NCBI GenBank assembly: GCA_963751345.1
Contig: CAVVUS010000030.1
Coordinates: forward strand, 32,001-96,000
Direction of reading: 5' to 3'
Source: an uncultured Chloroflexia bacterium
GTDB taxonomy: Bacteria > Chloroflexota > Anaerolineae > B4-G1 > SLSP01
DNA: 64,000 nucleotides
How positions within the stretch are numbered: the first letter of the stretch is position 1; each line of letters opens with the position of its first letter. The notes under the pieces are model-generated. The model did no database searches and was not told where the DNA came from. It saw only the letters and a list, made by a program, of their open reading frames with translations. The position numbers were made by a program, and so were the translations under genes. Below, piece by piece: positions 21,528 through 31,377 of the stretch.

Positions 21528-23154
21528 CGGGTGGCCTCACACGCCAGTCATAGAGAGAGCGGGGAATCAGCTCCAGTGCCTCGCGGTAGACATTGAGCGT
21601 GCCCACAATCTCGGCCAGCTCGCCGGCTTGCGGGACCGGGTTCAGCCCCGTGTAGAGATCCGACCACAGAACCACCGTGATCTCACCTGTACCATCATTA
21701 AGCGGCACCATCACCCCTGCGGAGAAGCCCCGCGGCTCGCCGAGTACGCCGCGGATCCTGACCACACGTCCGGCGTCACCCAATGTGAGGCCGGCAACCT
21801 CGACCCAGGTCGCCGGCTCCGCCGCGACGAGAATCAACACGTCTGCGGCGTCTGCCGGAATCACCTCCACACTTCCCTCGTAGATCGAGACGATCCCGAG
21901 CGCCTCGACATCAGCGCCGGCATCAAAGGCCGTCGGCACAGCCATGGCCTGATACACGTCATTCCAGAGCAGAAGTGTGATCTGTGCGGTCCCGTCATCG
22001 AGTGCGGCTTTGACACCTCCCTTAAGCCCTTCGAGCAACGCAATCCGCCCGCGCACCCTCACCATCTGACCCTCGAGCTGCGCATCGACCTGGCTCAATG
22101 GCAGCACCGGGATGGGTGTCGGCTCAGGCGTGGGCTCGGAGGTCGGCGTGAACGTCAGGGTAGGAGGGACCTCAGGCACAGCCTGGGCGACGGGTGTGGG
22201 ACCACCCTCATTCTCAGGTGTAGGCACCGGTGTGGGACCCCGCTCATTCGCGGGGGTGGGCACAGGCACGACCTCCTCCGCAAGGGCGAAGGTCGCAGGC
22301 AGTAGCTTGATATCGGCGACACTTGCGGGGGCGATCTGCGGCGTTGACCCATAGAGTGTGATAACGCCCTCCACCTCGGCGGTCTGGCCAACGGTGCACT
22401 CGGGAAGAGGACCCGTCAACGATGTCACGACGTCATCCACGGCGACGACAATCTCCCCGCTGTCGTCGCCAATCGTCCATAGAACGAGGCCGTCATAGGG
22501 TTCGTAGATCCGCCGCACCTCACCCGAGAGCCGTACCCGTGTGCCCTCATCCAGAAGGGTGACGTCACCGGCTTTGAACGGGATCGCGTCAGGACGATCG
22601 AGTGTCACATGATCGGCCACGTTGATCGTCAAAGAGGTATAGTCCTCGCGGATCCCGAGGGTCCCGGCCACGGACACCTGATCCCCAATGGCAGGCGGGG
22701 TCCCACGGGCCAGCAGCTCTGCCGTGACATCGCGATATGCGTTGACGTAAGCTTCCCCGGTGCCGTCATCCAACCAGAACCCAAGATAGCCGCTCTCGGC
22801 GTCGTAGCTGAGATTTCTGGAGATGCGGCCCTCCAGCCGTACATAGGCGAAGTTCATGGCGCCGGTAGCCTCGGCGACCGAGATGATGGGTACCTCAACG
22901 CGACGTGCCTGCCACCACAGCAGCGCCAGGCCGACCGTCGCCATCAGGAGGGCCATCGCCTTGACCACGCGGATCTGCAGCCGTCCGTGGATGCGGGCGC
23001 CACAATAGGGGCAGCGTTCGTAGGGCCCGACAAAGCGCCCGCAACTGTCACACAAAGCAGAGCGAGGAGAGTCTACAGGAGGGTCGGAGTCAGAGGGGGC
23101 GTCCGGGAGGGAGGATCGGTCGTCAATCGGCGGCTGAACGGAATCCAAGGGCAC
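21520..23154 (-). CDS. Membrane-anchored protein with N-terminal zinc ribbon and four OB-fold domains
   Basis: CDSC...CPYC, one TM, four repeats of 'VR(L/V/I).G.(I/V)...(L/I).D.(T/S)(G/A).I...G...Y'. Confidence 0.8.
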   Translation of the reverse strand: MPLDSVQPPIDDRSSLPDAPSDSDPPVDSPRSALCDSCGRFVGPYERCPYCGARIHGRLQIRVVKAMALLMATVGLALLWWQARRVEVPIISVAEATGAMNFAYVRLEGRISRNLSYDAESGYLGFWLDDGTGEAYVNAYRDVTAELLARGTPPAIGDQVSVAGTLGIREDYTSLTINVADHVTLDRPDAIPFKAGDVTLLDEGTRVRLSGEVRRIYEPYDGLVLWTIGDDSGEIVVAVDDVVTSLTGPLPECTVGQTAEVEGVITLYGSTPQIAPASVADIKLLPATFALAEEVVPVPTPANERGPTPVPTPENEGGPTPVAQAVPEVPPTLTFTPTSEPTPEPTPIPVLPLSQVDAQLEGQMVRVRGRIALLEGLKGGVKAALDDGTAQITLLLWNDVYQAMAVPTAFDAGADVEALGIVSIYEGSVEVIPADAADVLILVAAEPATWVEVAGLTLGDAGRVVRIRGVLGEPRGFSAGVMVPLNDGTGEITVVLWSDLYTGLNPVPQAGELAEIVGTLNVYREALELIPRSLYDWRVRPPDG

Positions 23155-23163
23155 CTCCTCAGA

Positions 23164-24051
23164 TCAGGTCACCTCGTGGACGGGCCAGATCATCTCGTGT
23201 TGTCGCTGCCAGACCCGGTAACCCACCGCCATGTAGGCCGGGAGCAGCGGATCATCGGCCGGTACGTTGACGGTATGCCCCCCAAAGTCAGGCCGTGTGC
23301 CGTGGAGTGCAGAGAGGAGCTCCCCGGCGACCTGCAGACGCCGGGGATGCGCCGGATCGACCCCCAGGTCGAGAACCGCATAGGCGTCCGACTGCGGCTG
23401 ATAGAGCAGATAGCCGGCCAGATCCGGCCCCTCCCGAAGGGAGAGGCCCAACAGGCGCCCCGCGCGGTGAGTGAGCGAGGCGAGGTCCCTCTGCCAGGAG
23501 GGATCGACTTCGTGGAAGCGGCCATGCGCGGGCAATAGCCGGCTTGGCGGTTCTTCCGATACGTCGTGTGTTGGTGAAGTGAGTGGCACCCAGCCGGGCT
23601 CAAACGTCAACACCAAGAGGTCCCGGACCTTGACGAATCCGAGTCCCTCGTAGAGCAAGATAGCCGCGCCATTCTGCTCCAACACCTCGAGGCGAAGACG
23701 GTCGAAGCTGTCTTGCTGTGACACCCGTTGGATCCACTGAATCATCTGCCGCGCGATGCCGCGGCGCCGCCAGATGGGATGAACGCCAACACCGCTAATC
23801 CACCCCTCGGTCCCCCGGCAGGAAAGCAGGGCCAACCCTACCGGGAGCTCGCCCAGGGTCCCGCCCGGGGCCCTGCCCTGCATCGCTACGACAGATCGCT
23901 CGAGGTCAACATCCATATCGTCACACATCAGCTTGAACTGAAAAGGATCAAGCCTGACCGGGACGAAATAGTCGGCGTACGCCTGATTCAGAAGCTGGGA
24001 GAGACGCTTGGCAGTCAAGGATGCTGCAGGCGTCAAGGTCAACCTGTCCAT
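23164..24051 (-). CDS. GNAT family N-acetyltransferase (tandem GNAT)
   Basis: 'GVHPIWRRRGIA' acetyl-CoA motif, 'LEVLEQN..A..LYEGLGF'. Confidence 0.88.
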   Translation of the reverse strand: MDRLTLTPAASLTAKRLSQLLNQAYADYFVPVRLDPFQFKLMCDDMDVDLERSVVAMQGRAPGGTLGELPVGLALLSCRGTEGWISGVGVHPIWRRRGIARQMIQWIQRVSQQDSFDRLRLEVLEQNGAAILLYEGLGFVKVRDLLVLTFEPGWVPLTSPTHDVSEEPPSRLLPAHGRFHEVDPSWQRDLASLTHRAGRLLGLSLREGPDLAGYLLYQPQSDAYAVLDLGVDPAHPRRLQVAGELLSALHGTRPDFGGHTVNVPADDPLLPAYMAVGYRVWQRQHEMIWPVHEVT

Positions 24052-24253
24052 TGTCCACCTCACTGGCCCATCATAGCATGGCTGGGGGAACTACACAACA
24101 CTTTGTTGTCTGGCGCCACCCGGCAAAGGAGCCACACTCAGGCTGGGGCCTCTCGATAAGGACCCTTGTCATGACCCTTGACGTAGCTATACTGGGCGCT
24201 GACGATAGCGCACAGACATACCATGACGCATCTATGAAACAAAGAGGGTTAAG

Positions 24254-25297
24254 ATGACACTTCCCACGGTCCCGATCGACGAGACGCTGGATTTCCTGGT
24301 CGGTCTGCTCAATACCCCAAGCCCAACAGGTGACACAGCACGAGCCTGTCTCTACGTGCAGACGGCCCTGGCAGAGTTGCCCCTGACGGTTTCCCACACC
24401 CGCAAGGGCGGGTTGGTGGTCACCTGGGCAGGCGACAACAGCTGCCCGCGCGCCCTCACGGCTCACGTTGACACGCTGGGCATGATGGTCCGCCAGGTCA
24501 AGGCAAATGGACGATTGATGCTTACCCAGATCGGGGGCTACGATTGGCACTCCGTCGAGGGCGAGGGATGCACGGTCATGACGGGCACCGGAGAGATGAT
24601 CCGGGGCAGCATTCTGCCAACCAAGGCCTCGGTGCATATCTACGGCAACGAGGCTCGCGAGCTGAAACGCGAGGCCGGGAACTACGAGGTGCGCCTGGAT
24701 GTCCGCACTCAGAGCAAGGATGAAACCGAATCCCTGGGGATCGGCGTTGGGGACTTCGTCTTCGTCGATCCGCGGGTGGAGGTGACGAACGGTTTCGTCC
24801 GCTCGCGACACCTCGACGACAAGGCCGGCGTCGCTGCCATCTATGGCGCACTGATGGCACTGCACCAGACGGGTCGAGCACCCCGTTACCGCCTGGACGT
24901 ATTGATCTCCAATTACGAAGAGGTCGGCCACGGCGGGTCCGTGGGGATCCCCGGTGACGTTGAGGAGCTGGTTACCGTGGATATGGCAGCCGCCGGAGAG
25001 GATCAGAACTCGGACGAGTTCTCGGTCGGGATCTGCGCCAAGGACTCGGGGGGGCCCTATCATCTGGGTCTGCGACGGCGCCTTGAACGGCTTGCAGCCT
25101 CCAACAGCATCCCATATCGTACGGATACGTACCCCTACTACGGCTCCGACGGTGAGGCTGCATGGCGGGCAGGTGCCGACCTTGCGGTCGGCCTGATCGG
25201 GCCCGGCGTCGATAGCTCTCACGCCTATGAGCGCACGCATCTTGACTCGCTGGACGCAACCATCCGGCTGCTGCTGGCCTATCTCCTGAGCGAGTGA
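24254..25297 (+). CDS. M42 family metallopeptidase
   Basis: 'PSPTG', 'AHVDTLG', 'RHLDDK', 'YEEVG', 'SH.YER' metal ligands. Confidence 0.92.
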   Translation: MTLPTVPIDETLDFLVGLLNTPSPTGDTARACLYVQTALAELPLTVSHTRKGGLVVTWAGDNSCPRALTAHVDTLGMMVRQVKANGRLMLTQIGGYDWHSVEGEGCTVMTGTGEMIRGSILPTKASVHIYGNEARELKREAGNYEVRLDVRTQSKDETESLGIGVGDFVFVDPRVEVTNGFVRSRHLDDKAGVAAIYGALMALHQTGRAPRYRLDVLISNYEEVGHGGSVGIPGDVEELVTVDMAAAGEDQNSDEFSVGICAKDSGGPYHLGLRRRLERLAASNSIPYRTDTYPYYGSDGEAAWRAGADLAVGLIGPGVDSSHAYERTHLDSLDATIRLLLAYLLSE

Positions 25298-26370
25298 CGA
25301 TGGCCGATCTGGACGCGCGGCTTGACTGGCAGGTACCGTATCTTACGGAAGATCTGCCGGGAATTGGAGGGGTGATCCGCGACGAGGCGGAGGACTTCGT
25401 GGTGGACGAGGTCCCGGCGTACGAGCCCTGTGGCGACGGCGAGCACACCTACTTTCGCGTCGAAAAGCGCAACGTCGACACGATGCGGCTCGTGAGAGAG
25501 ATCGCGCAGAAGTTGGACCTACCTCCACGCGCCATCAGCTACGCAGGGCTCAAGGACGCCCGCGCCGTCGCGCGGCAGACCTTCTCGGTGCAGTTTGTAC
25601 CGGTCGAGACCATCGAGTCGCTCCAGCTCGACAACGCGCGCATTCTATGGGTGTCGCGCCATCGCAACAAGCTGCGCATCGGACACTTGCGTGGAAATCG
25701 CTTCACCCTTCGTGTTCGCGAGGTCGAAGCCGACGCGGAATCTCGAGCGGCAGCCATACTCAAAACGTTGATGGCGCGCGGCGTCCCTAACGCCTATGGA
25801 CCTCAGCGATTCGGCAACCACGGCGACAACCATATCGCCGGATTTCACCTGCTTCACGATGACAAGGCGGCGTTGGCCGAAATGGGCATCCGTCACCTCT
25901 CGCGCCGTTTGCACGGGCTGTTCATCAGCTCGCTGCAGTCGGCGCTGTTCAACCAGGTCGTTGCCCTTCGCATTCGGCAGGGCACCCTGGACACCGTCAT
26001 TCCCGGCGACATCGCCCGCAAAGAGGACACCGGTGGGATCTTCACCGTGACCGATGTCGCCGTCGATCGTCCGCGTGCAGCGGCCTGGGAGATCTCTGCA
26101 ACGGGGCCCGTCTTCGGGGATAAGATCATGCAGGCTCAAGAGGAGGCCGGGGAGATCGAATCACAGATCCTCGCCGCTGCAGGCCTGAGCCTGGAAGATT
26201 TCCGAGCGAGCAAGGAGCACGGGGTGCGGCGCCCTTTGCGCTTCAACCCCGAGGGCCTGACATGGCACGTCGAGGATCGTGATCAGTTGGTGGTGAGTTT
26301 CTTCTCGCCCAAGGGTTCGTTTGCGACGATGCTCCTCCGCGAGTTGATGAAGACCGGAGACGTACGATGA
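25294..26370 (+). CDS. truD: tRNA pseudouridine(13) synthase
   Basis: 'EDFVVDE', 'YAGLKDARAV..Q', 'LRGNRF', 'N.YGPQRFG', 'KGSFAT.LLRE'. Confidence 0.95.
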   Translation: MTMADLDARLDWQVPYLTEDLPGIGGVIRDEAEDFVVDEVPAYEPCGDGEHTYFRVEKRNVDTMRLVREIAQKLDLPPRAISYAGLKDARAVARQTFSVQFVPVETIESLQLDNARILWVSRHRNKLRIGHLRGNRFTLRVREVEADAESRAAAILKTLMARGVPNAYGPQRFGNHGDNHIAGFHLLHDDKAALAEMGIRHLSRRLHGLFISSLQSALFNQVVALRIRQGTLDTVIPGDIARKEDTGGIFTVTDVAVDRPRAAAWEISATGPVFGDKIMQAQEEAGEIESQILAAAGLSLEDFRASKEHGVRRPLRFNPEGLTWHVEDRDQLVVSFFSPKGSFATMLLRELMKTGDVR

Positions 26371-26372
26371 CC

Positions 26373-26388
26373 AACCTTCGCAAGGGTT
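26373..26388. repeat. REP-like palindromic element (single arm)
   Basis: AACCTTCGCAAGGGTT, related to copies at 28078-28131 and 56776-56838. Confidence 0.6.
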
Positions 26389-26414
26389 CCGGATCATCGT
26401 GAGGTGAGTTGACC

Positions 26415-27197
26415 ATGGCTGACCCGCCCACAGGAGAAGAACGTGACGTCACGCCCCGCGGGGGAGCGTCGATTGATGGCGCATCCCTGGCCCTTGTCAT
26501 TGTGTTGGCGGCTGTCGTCGCCGCCCTATCCTTTATTCCTTTCTCGGTCATGCTGGGGTCCGCCGGTAGCATTGAGATGTCCGAAGGCGTCTATCCCCTG
26601 GTGGGCTGGATTCTGGGGCCAATTGCGGGAGCGGTCGCGTCGGGTATTGGCCGGCTCGTAGGCGTCTTCCTGGCGCCGCAGACGGCGGGCGTGCCGATTG
26701 TGTCGGTGCTAGGCGCAGCGATCGGCAGTTTCGCCGCCGGATCGATGGTTCTGGCGGGGCGGCGCAAGCACTGGTGGATCTGGTTGACCATCCTGTTCGT
26801 CATCGAGTATCTGTTGTTTGCCGGGCGGGCAGTAGTGCAGAACGGCGTGGGCCTGTGGCCCGCCATCGGGGCGTCCTTCATCGATTGGTCGGGCATCCTG
26901 CTCTTCGCGCTGCCCACGCGGCGTTGGGTGGCGCGCTGGCTCAAGAGTCCGAATCTCGCGTGGGTGGCTGCGGGGCTCTTTCTTGGCACATGGATGGTCT
27001 CAGGGCTGACCCACCTCGACTCAGGCGTCATCACCTATTTCATCTACAATTGGCCGGAAGCGGTCTGGTTAGTCCTCATCCCGATCATCCCGGTCGAAAA
27101 CCTCTTCCGCTGTCTCATCGGCACCGTCATTGGCACGGGGGTCATCGCCGGTCTGCGTGCGATTGGCATTGTCAAGCCCCGTGAGGCCGTCTACTGA
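26415..27197 (+). CDS. ECF transporter substrate-specific (S) component
   Basis: 6-7 TM helices, 'G.ILGP..GA' motif, upstream of ECF ATPase and T component. Confidence 0.75.
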   Translation: MADPPTGEERDVTPRGGASIDGASLALVIVLAAVVAALSFIPFSVMLGSAGSIEMSEGVYPLVGWILGPIAGAVASGIGRLVGVFLAPQTAGVPIVSVLGAAIGSFAAGSMVLAGRRKHWWIWLTILFVIEYLLFAGRAVVQNGVGLWPAIGASFIDWSGILLFALPTRRWVARWLKSPNLAWVAAGLFLGTWMVSGLTHLDSGVITYFIYNWPEAVWLVLIPIIPVENLFRCLIGTVIGTGVIAGLRAIGIVKPREAVY

Positions 27198-27223
27198 GCC
27201 GCGATCACGTTAGCGCGGGCTTG

Positions 27224-29094
27224 ATGGCGTCCATCGCGACCCTGGACAACGTCTCCTACCTCTACCCACGATCCGACGAGCCTGTGCTCAGGGACGTCTC
27301 GCTGGAGATCGCGCGGGGGGAGTTCCTCGGCCTGATCGGTCCGACGGGCGCAGGAAAGACCACGCTCTGCCTCACGCTGAATGGCATCGTCCCGCAGTTC
27401 TACGGGGGGCGGTTTTTCGGTCGCGTGACGGTAGCCGGCCTCGATAGTCTCGACCACCCCATCAGCACGATGGCGCAGCACGTCGGGATGGTCTTCGAGG
27501 ATCCGGAGACGCAGATCACGGCGACCTCGGTGGAGAATGAGATCGCCTTCGGTATGGAAAACCTCCGCGTACCCCGCGAGGAGATCGAGGCACGCATTCC
27601 CCGGATACTGGAAGCCGTCCGTCTCACAGGCAGCGAGAAAAAGCGCCCCGACGAACTCTCAGGAGGTGAGAAGCAGCGCCTGGCCATTGCCGCCGCACTT
27701 GGCGTTGCAGCCCGACCTCCTGGTCCTCGACGAGCCCACGTCTCAACTGGATCCCGTGGGATCCGGGGATATCTTCGCCACCTTACGCGAGCTGAATCGT
27801 CAACTCGGCATAACAATCGTCATCGCAAGCCACGCGGCCGAGGAAATGGCGGAGTACACAGATCGCGTCGCCCTACTCTCACGGGGAGAGCTGATCCGCG
27901 TCGGCTCACCCGACGACATCTATGGTGACGTCGACCAACTCCATGCGCGCCGGCCTGCGCCCGCCCCAGGTGGCCGAGACATTCTTCCTGCTCCGCAGCC
28001 GCGGCGTCCCCGTCCCCACCATTCCCATCACGCTCGCCGACGCCCTGCCGCTTCTCGACGATCTTCCTACTCCCACCAACCTTCGCGAGGTTAAGCCCGA
28101 GCAGCCTCGGGCCGAAACCTTGCGAAGGTTTCCGGACATCTCGCCGGGCACAGCAACACCGTCAGTTGACGCTATTCGCCCTTCAAACCGGGCTGCTGAC
28201 CTCGCGACGGTTGGCACTGCCTCTCCTGTGCCCGATCCCCGATCACCCAGTCCCCAATCCCTGGCCCTATCGGCCCGCGACTTGCACCACGTCTACCCCG
28301 ACGGCACCCACGCGCTGCGCGGCATTTCGGTCGACATCAGTGCGGGAGAATATGTGCTCATCGCCGGACAGAATGGCGCCGGAAAGAGCACGCTGGTCAA
28401 GCACTTTCTCGGGCTGCTGCAGCCGACATCGGGCCAGGTGCAGGTCGGCGGCATCGACAGCCGGAAGCTCTCGGTCAGCGACCTGGCGCGGACCGTCGGT
28501 TACGTCTCTCAGAATCCCGACAACCAGATCTTCAATGCCACGGTGGAGGAGGAGGTGGCGTTTGCCCTCAAGAACCTGGGCTTTCCGAAGCGCCAGGTGG
28601 AATCCGCGGTCACCGAAAGCCTGGCGGAGATGGGGCTGCTTGACGTCAGGGACCGGCATCCCCTGGCGCTCCCAAAGGGCGACCGCGCGCGGGTGGTGAT
28701 CGCAGCCGTCCTGGCCATGGACCCGCAGATCCTCATCTTCGACGAACCCACCACGGGCCAGGATGACCGGGGCGCGAAATCCATCCTGGAGATCACCCGC
28801 CGGCTTCACAAAGAAGGCAGAACCGTCGTCATCATCACCCATCACCTTTACCTGATGCCCAAGTACGCGGAGCGTATGGTCGTCATGGGAAAAGGCATCA
28901 AGCTCCTCGACGCACCCATGCGCCAGGCGTGTCACGAGGCAAAGGTGCTGGCATCGACGTATCTGAGCCCTCCTCAGGCTGTGCTCTTGGCGCAGGCGCT
29001 CGACCGGCGAAAGTACCCCGAGGCCGGTCAGTTGATCACACCCGAGGAGGTCGCGGCCTACGTTGCGGGGCAGGATAGGGCGCCCACGTTATGA
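27224..29094 (+). CDS. ECF transporter fused double ATPase (two frameshifts, ~27700 and ~27945)
   Basis: Two Walker A (GPTGAGKT, GQNGAGKS), 'LSGGEKQR', 'LDEPTSQLD', 'FDEPTTGQD'. Confidence 0.88.
28078..28131. repeat. REP-like inverted-repeat element within ATPase linker
   Basis: AACCTTCGCGAGGTT-[GCCCGAG..CTCGGGC]-AAACCTTGCGAAGGTTT, in frame. Confidence 0.7.
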
Positions 29095-29942
29095 CGCCCC
29101 ATACGTTCCAGAGTGTCGACCGCGCTTCGTTCTTCACCCGGATGGACTTTCGCCCGAAACTGGCGCTGATGACCTCATTGACGATCGTCGCATTCACTTG
29201 GGAGAGCCCCACACTGGGGGGACTGTTGGCCCTGGCGGTCATCCTTGGCGGGCTCGCGGCAGGCGTGAGGCCAAGCTACGTCCTCAAGGCGTTTCTGGCG
29301 ATGCTTCCCTTCTACCTTTTCGTTGTCGTGACACAGGGATTCTTCGGCGGCGAAATCGTCCGCGCACGCACGGGGCAGACGACGCTGACGCCGCTGTTTA
29401 CCTTGCCGAAGGGCTGGTGGTTAGTCGGCGGGGCCACGATGTCGGTCGAAGGGATCAAATATGCCCTGAACATCGTGTTCAAGGCCCTCACGATGACAAT
29501 GGTGATCCCGTTGGTCGTCTTTACGACGGACGTCAACGCGATGATCGTGGGCCTGGTGAAAGCGCGTATCCCCTACACGATCGCCTTTGTCTTCTCGTCG
29601 ACGCTGCGGTTTTTCCCACTGCTGGTGGCCGACCTGCAATCGATCATTGAGGCGCAGCGATTGCGCGGCCTGGCTTTCGAAAGAATGGGTCCCATCCGTC
29701 GCGCCAGGGTCTACGCAAAGGTCGCCGTGCCCCTGATCCTGGGCGCGATCGTGAAGTCCCAGATGCTGGAGGTCGTGCTACAATCCAAAGCCTTCTCCGG
29801 CTCCCCCGACCGCACCTATTATCACGAATCGCGGTTGGCCTTCGCGGATTACACGGTCTTTGCCCTCTCCGCCCTCTTCCTCCTCGCCGCCGCCGTGCTC
29901 TATCTTGGTCTCGGGATCGGCAAGTTCGGGGGTCCGGTATAA
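29091..29942 (+). CDS. ECF transporter transmembrane (T) component
   Basis: 'MDFRPKL', 'LRFFP', 'EAQRLRG', 'PLILGAI' CbiQ/EcfT features. Confidence 0.9.
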   Translation: MTPHTFQSVDRASFFTRMDFRPKLALMTSLTIVAFTWESPTLGGLLALAVILGGLAAGVRPSYVLKAFLAMLPFYLFVVVTQGFFGGEIVRARTGQTTLTPLFTLPKGWWLVGGATMSVEGIKYALNIVFKALTMTMVIPLVVFTTDVNAMIVGLVKARIPYTIAFVFSSTLRFFPLLVADLQSIIEAQRLRGLAFERMGPIRRARVYAKVAVPLILGAIVKSQMLEVVLQSKAFSGSPDRTYYHESRLAFADYTVFALSALFLLAAAVLYLGLGIGKFGGPV

Positions 29943-29956
29943 TAAGGGGAGCATAC

Positions 29957-29989
29957 CCTTCCGGGAAGCTGCTTTCGCCTCCCGGAAGG
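29957..29989 (+). terminator. Intergenic hairpin
   Basis: CCTTCCGGGA...TCCCGGAAGG 10-bp stem after ECF-T stop; no clear U tract. Confidence 0.4.
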
Positions 29990-30010
29990 TAACCTGCAGC
30001 AAAGGAGCCC

Positions 30011-30883
30011 ATGACGACTCTATCATCACGCAACGGAACCCTGCGGATCGGCCCCGGCGTGCCGATTGTCCTGATCAGCGACCAACTACGCGTCAAGCCG
30101 CAGAAATCAGGGGAGGTCGAACCCACGGAGGACCTTCTGGCACATATGGTGGAACTCGCCCGCAGCGGAGCGACTGCCGGTATGGACGTGATGGATATCA
30201 TGACCTCATATCCCGGCGTGGACGAACTCGCGCTACTCCCACAGATCGCCGTCGCCGTTCACGAAGCCGTCGGATGCCCCATCTCGCTGGACTCCCGCCA
30301 TTCGGATGCCCTGCGGGCGGCCCTGACGGCATTGAGACCTTACAAAGCCCTGATCAACTCCGTCACTGCGGAGGCGCCCGTTCTGGAGGCACTGCTGCCG
30401 ATCGCCGCGGAGTTCGGTGCCGCGATCGTCGGGATGCCCATTGGCGACGTGCACGGGCTGCCGAAGAATACGGAAGGGCGCATAGCCGAAGCGGGCGTGA
30501 TCGTCGATCGCGCCGCCGCCTACGGCATCCCCAGAGAAGATATCCTTATGGACGCCATCTGCCTGGCTTCATCGGCCGAACCTGGCTCGATGGCGACCAC
30601 GCTGGAGACACTCCGAAGATACCACGACGATCTCGGTGTGGCCACGATCCTCGGTATCAGCAACGCCGGGCACGGTATGCCCACCCCTTCGCACATCGCC
30701 CTGGCCTACCTCGTTGCCGCGGTGCCCTGGGGATTGGACGCCGCGCTCGTCAGCCCGCGCACGCCCCAGTTGATCGAGGAGGTGCGGGCGATCGACTTCC
30801 TGACCGCTCGCGATCCCTACGGGAAACGCTATCTGCGACACTACCGAACGACACACGACAAGCACGTCTCGGGGAGATCCTGA
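30011..30883 (+). CDS. Pterin-binding (DHPS-fold) protein, MetH/AcsE methyltetrahydrofolate methyltransferase-like
   Basis: 'PISLDS', 'ALINSV', 'GIPREDILMD', 'TILGISN..HGMP' TIM-barrel motifs. Confidence 0.8.
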   Translation: MTTLSSRNGTLRIGPGVPIVLISDQLRVKPQKSGEVEPTEDLLAHMVELARSGATAGMDVMDIMTSYPGVDELALLPQIAVAVHEAVGCPISLDSRHSDALRAALTALRPYKALINSVTAEAPVLEALLPIAAEFGAAIVGMPIGDVHGLPKNTEGRIAEAGVIVDRAAAYGIPREDILMDAICLASSAEPGSMATTLETLRRYHDDLGVATILGISNAGHGMPTPSHIALAYLVAAVPWGLDAALVSPRTPQLIEEVRAIDFLTARDPYGKRYLRHYRTTHDKHVSGRS

Positions 30884-31377
30884 TGCAATTGACCTTTGTC
30901 TTGAACGGCAAGACCGTCACCTTGGATGACATCCCCCAGGATATGCTGCTGGTGGACCTATTGCGCACCACGCTTGGCCTCACCGGGACCAAACGCGGAT
31001 GTGAAAGCGGCACCTGCGGCGCATGCTCCGTCCTCGTCGACGATGCCCTCGCCCGCTCCTGTAGGACCGCGGTATCCGGCATTGCCGGGCATCACGTGAC
31101 GACGATCGAGGGACTCCAGGGGCCCGACGGCAGCCTGAGCGAGCTACAGCAGGCATTCCTGGCCCAGGGCGCCGTACAGTGCGGGTACTGCACGCCGGCG
31201 ATGGTCCTCGCCGGGGAAGCACTGCTCCGCCGCAATCCGGCGCCCACCCGCGTTGAAATCCGGTCCGCCATCAACGGCATCCTCTGTCGCTGCACGGGGT
31301 ATATGCAGATCGTCGACGCGATAGAGGCCGCGGCAGCGTCTCGCCACCGTCTGGGTGCAGGGGAGCCCACCCCATGA
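30883..31377 (+). CDS. Molybdo-hydroxylase small [2Fe-2S] subunit (CoxS/XdhC-like)
   Basis: 'GTKRGCESGTCGAC', 'TIEGL', 'QCGYCTP', 'CRCTGY'. Confidence 0.93.
   Translation: MQLTFVLNGKTVTLDDIPQDMLLVDLLRTTLGLTGTKRGCESGTCGACSVLVDDALARSCRTAVSGIAGHHVTTIEGLQGPDGSLSELQQAFLAQGAVQCGYCTPAMVLAGEALLRRNPAPTRVEIRSAINGILCRCTGYMQIVDAIEAAAASRHRLGAGEPTP

Noticed and set aside
22185-22268. 36-bp duplication (PVPTPxNExGPT x2) and TVEVEK repeats at ~62100-62175
   Set aside because: Ordinary low-complexity linkers without the TCYG hairpin.
30011-30883. Dihydropteroate synthase folP
   Set aside because: Lacks FolP 'TPDSFSDG' and 'SRK' motifs; 'GISN' and 'INSV' fit MetH/AcsE-type domains.
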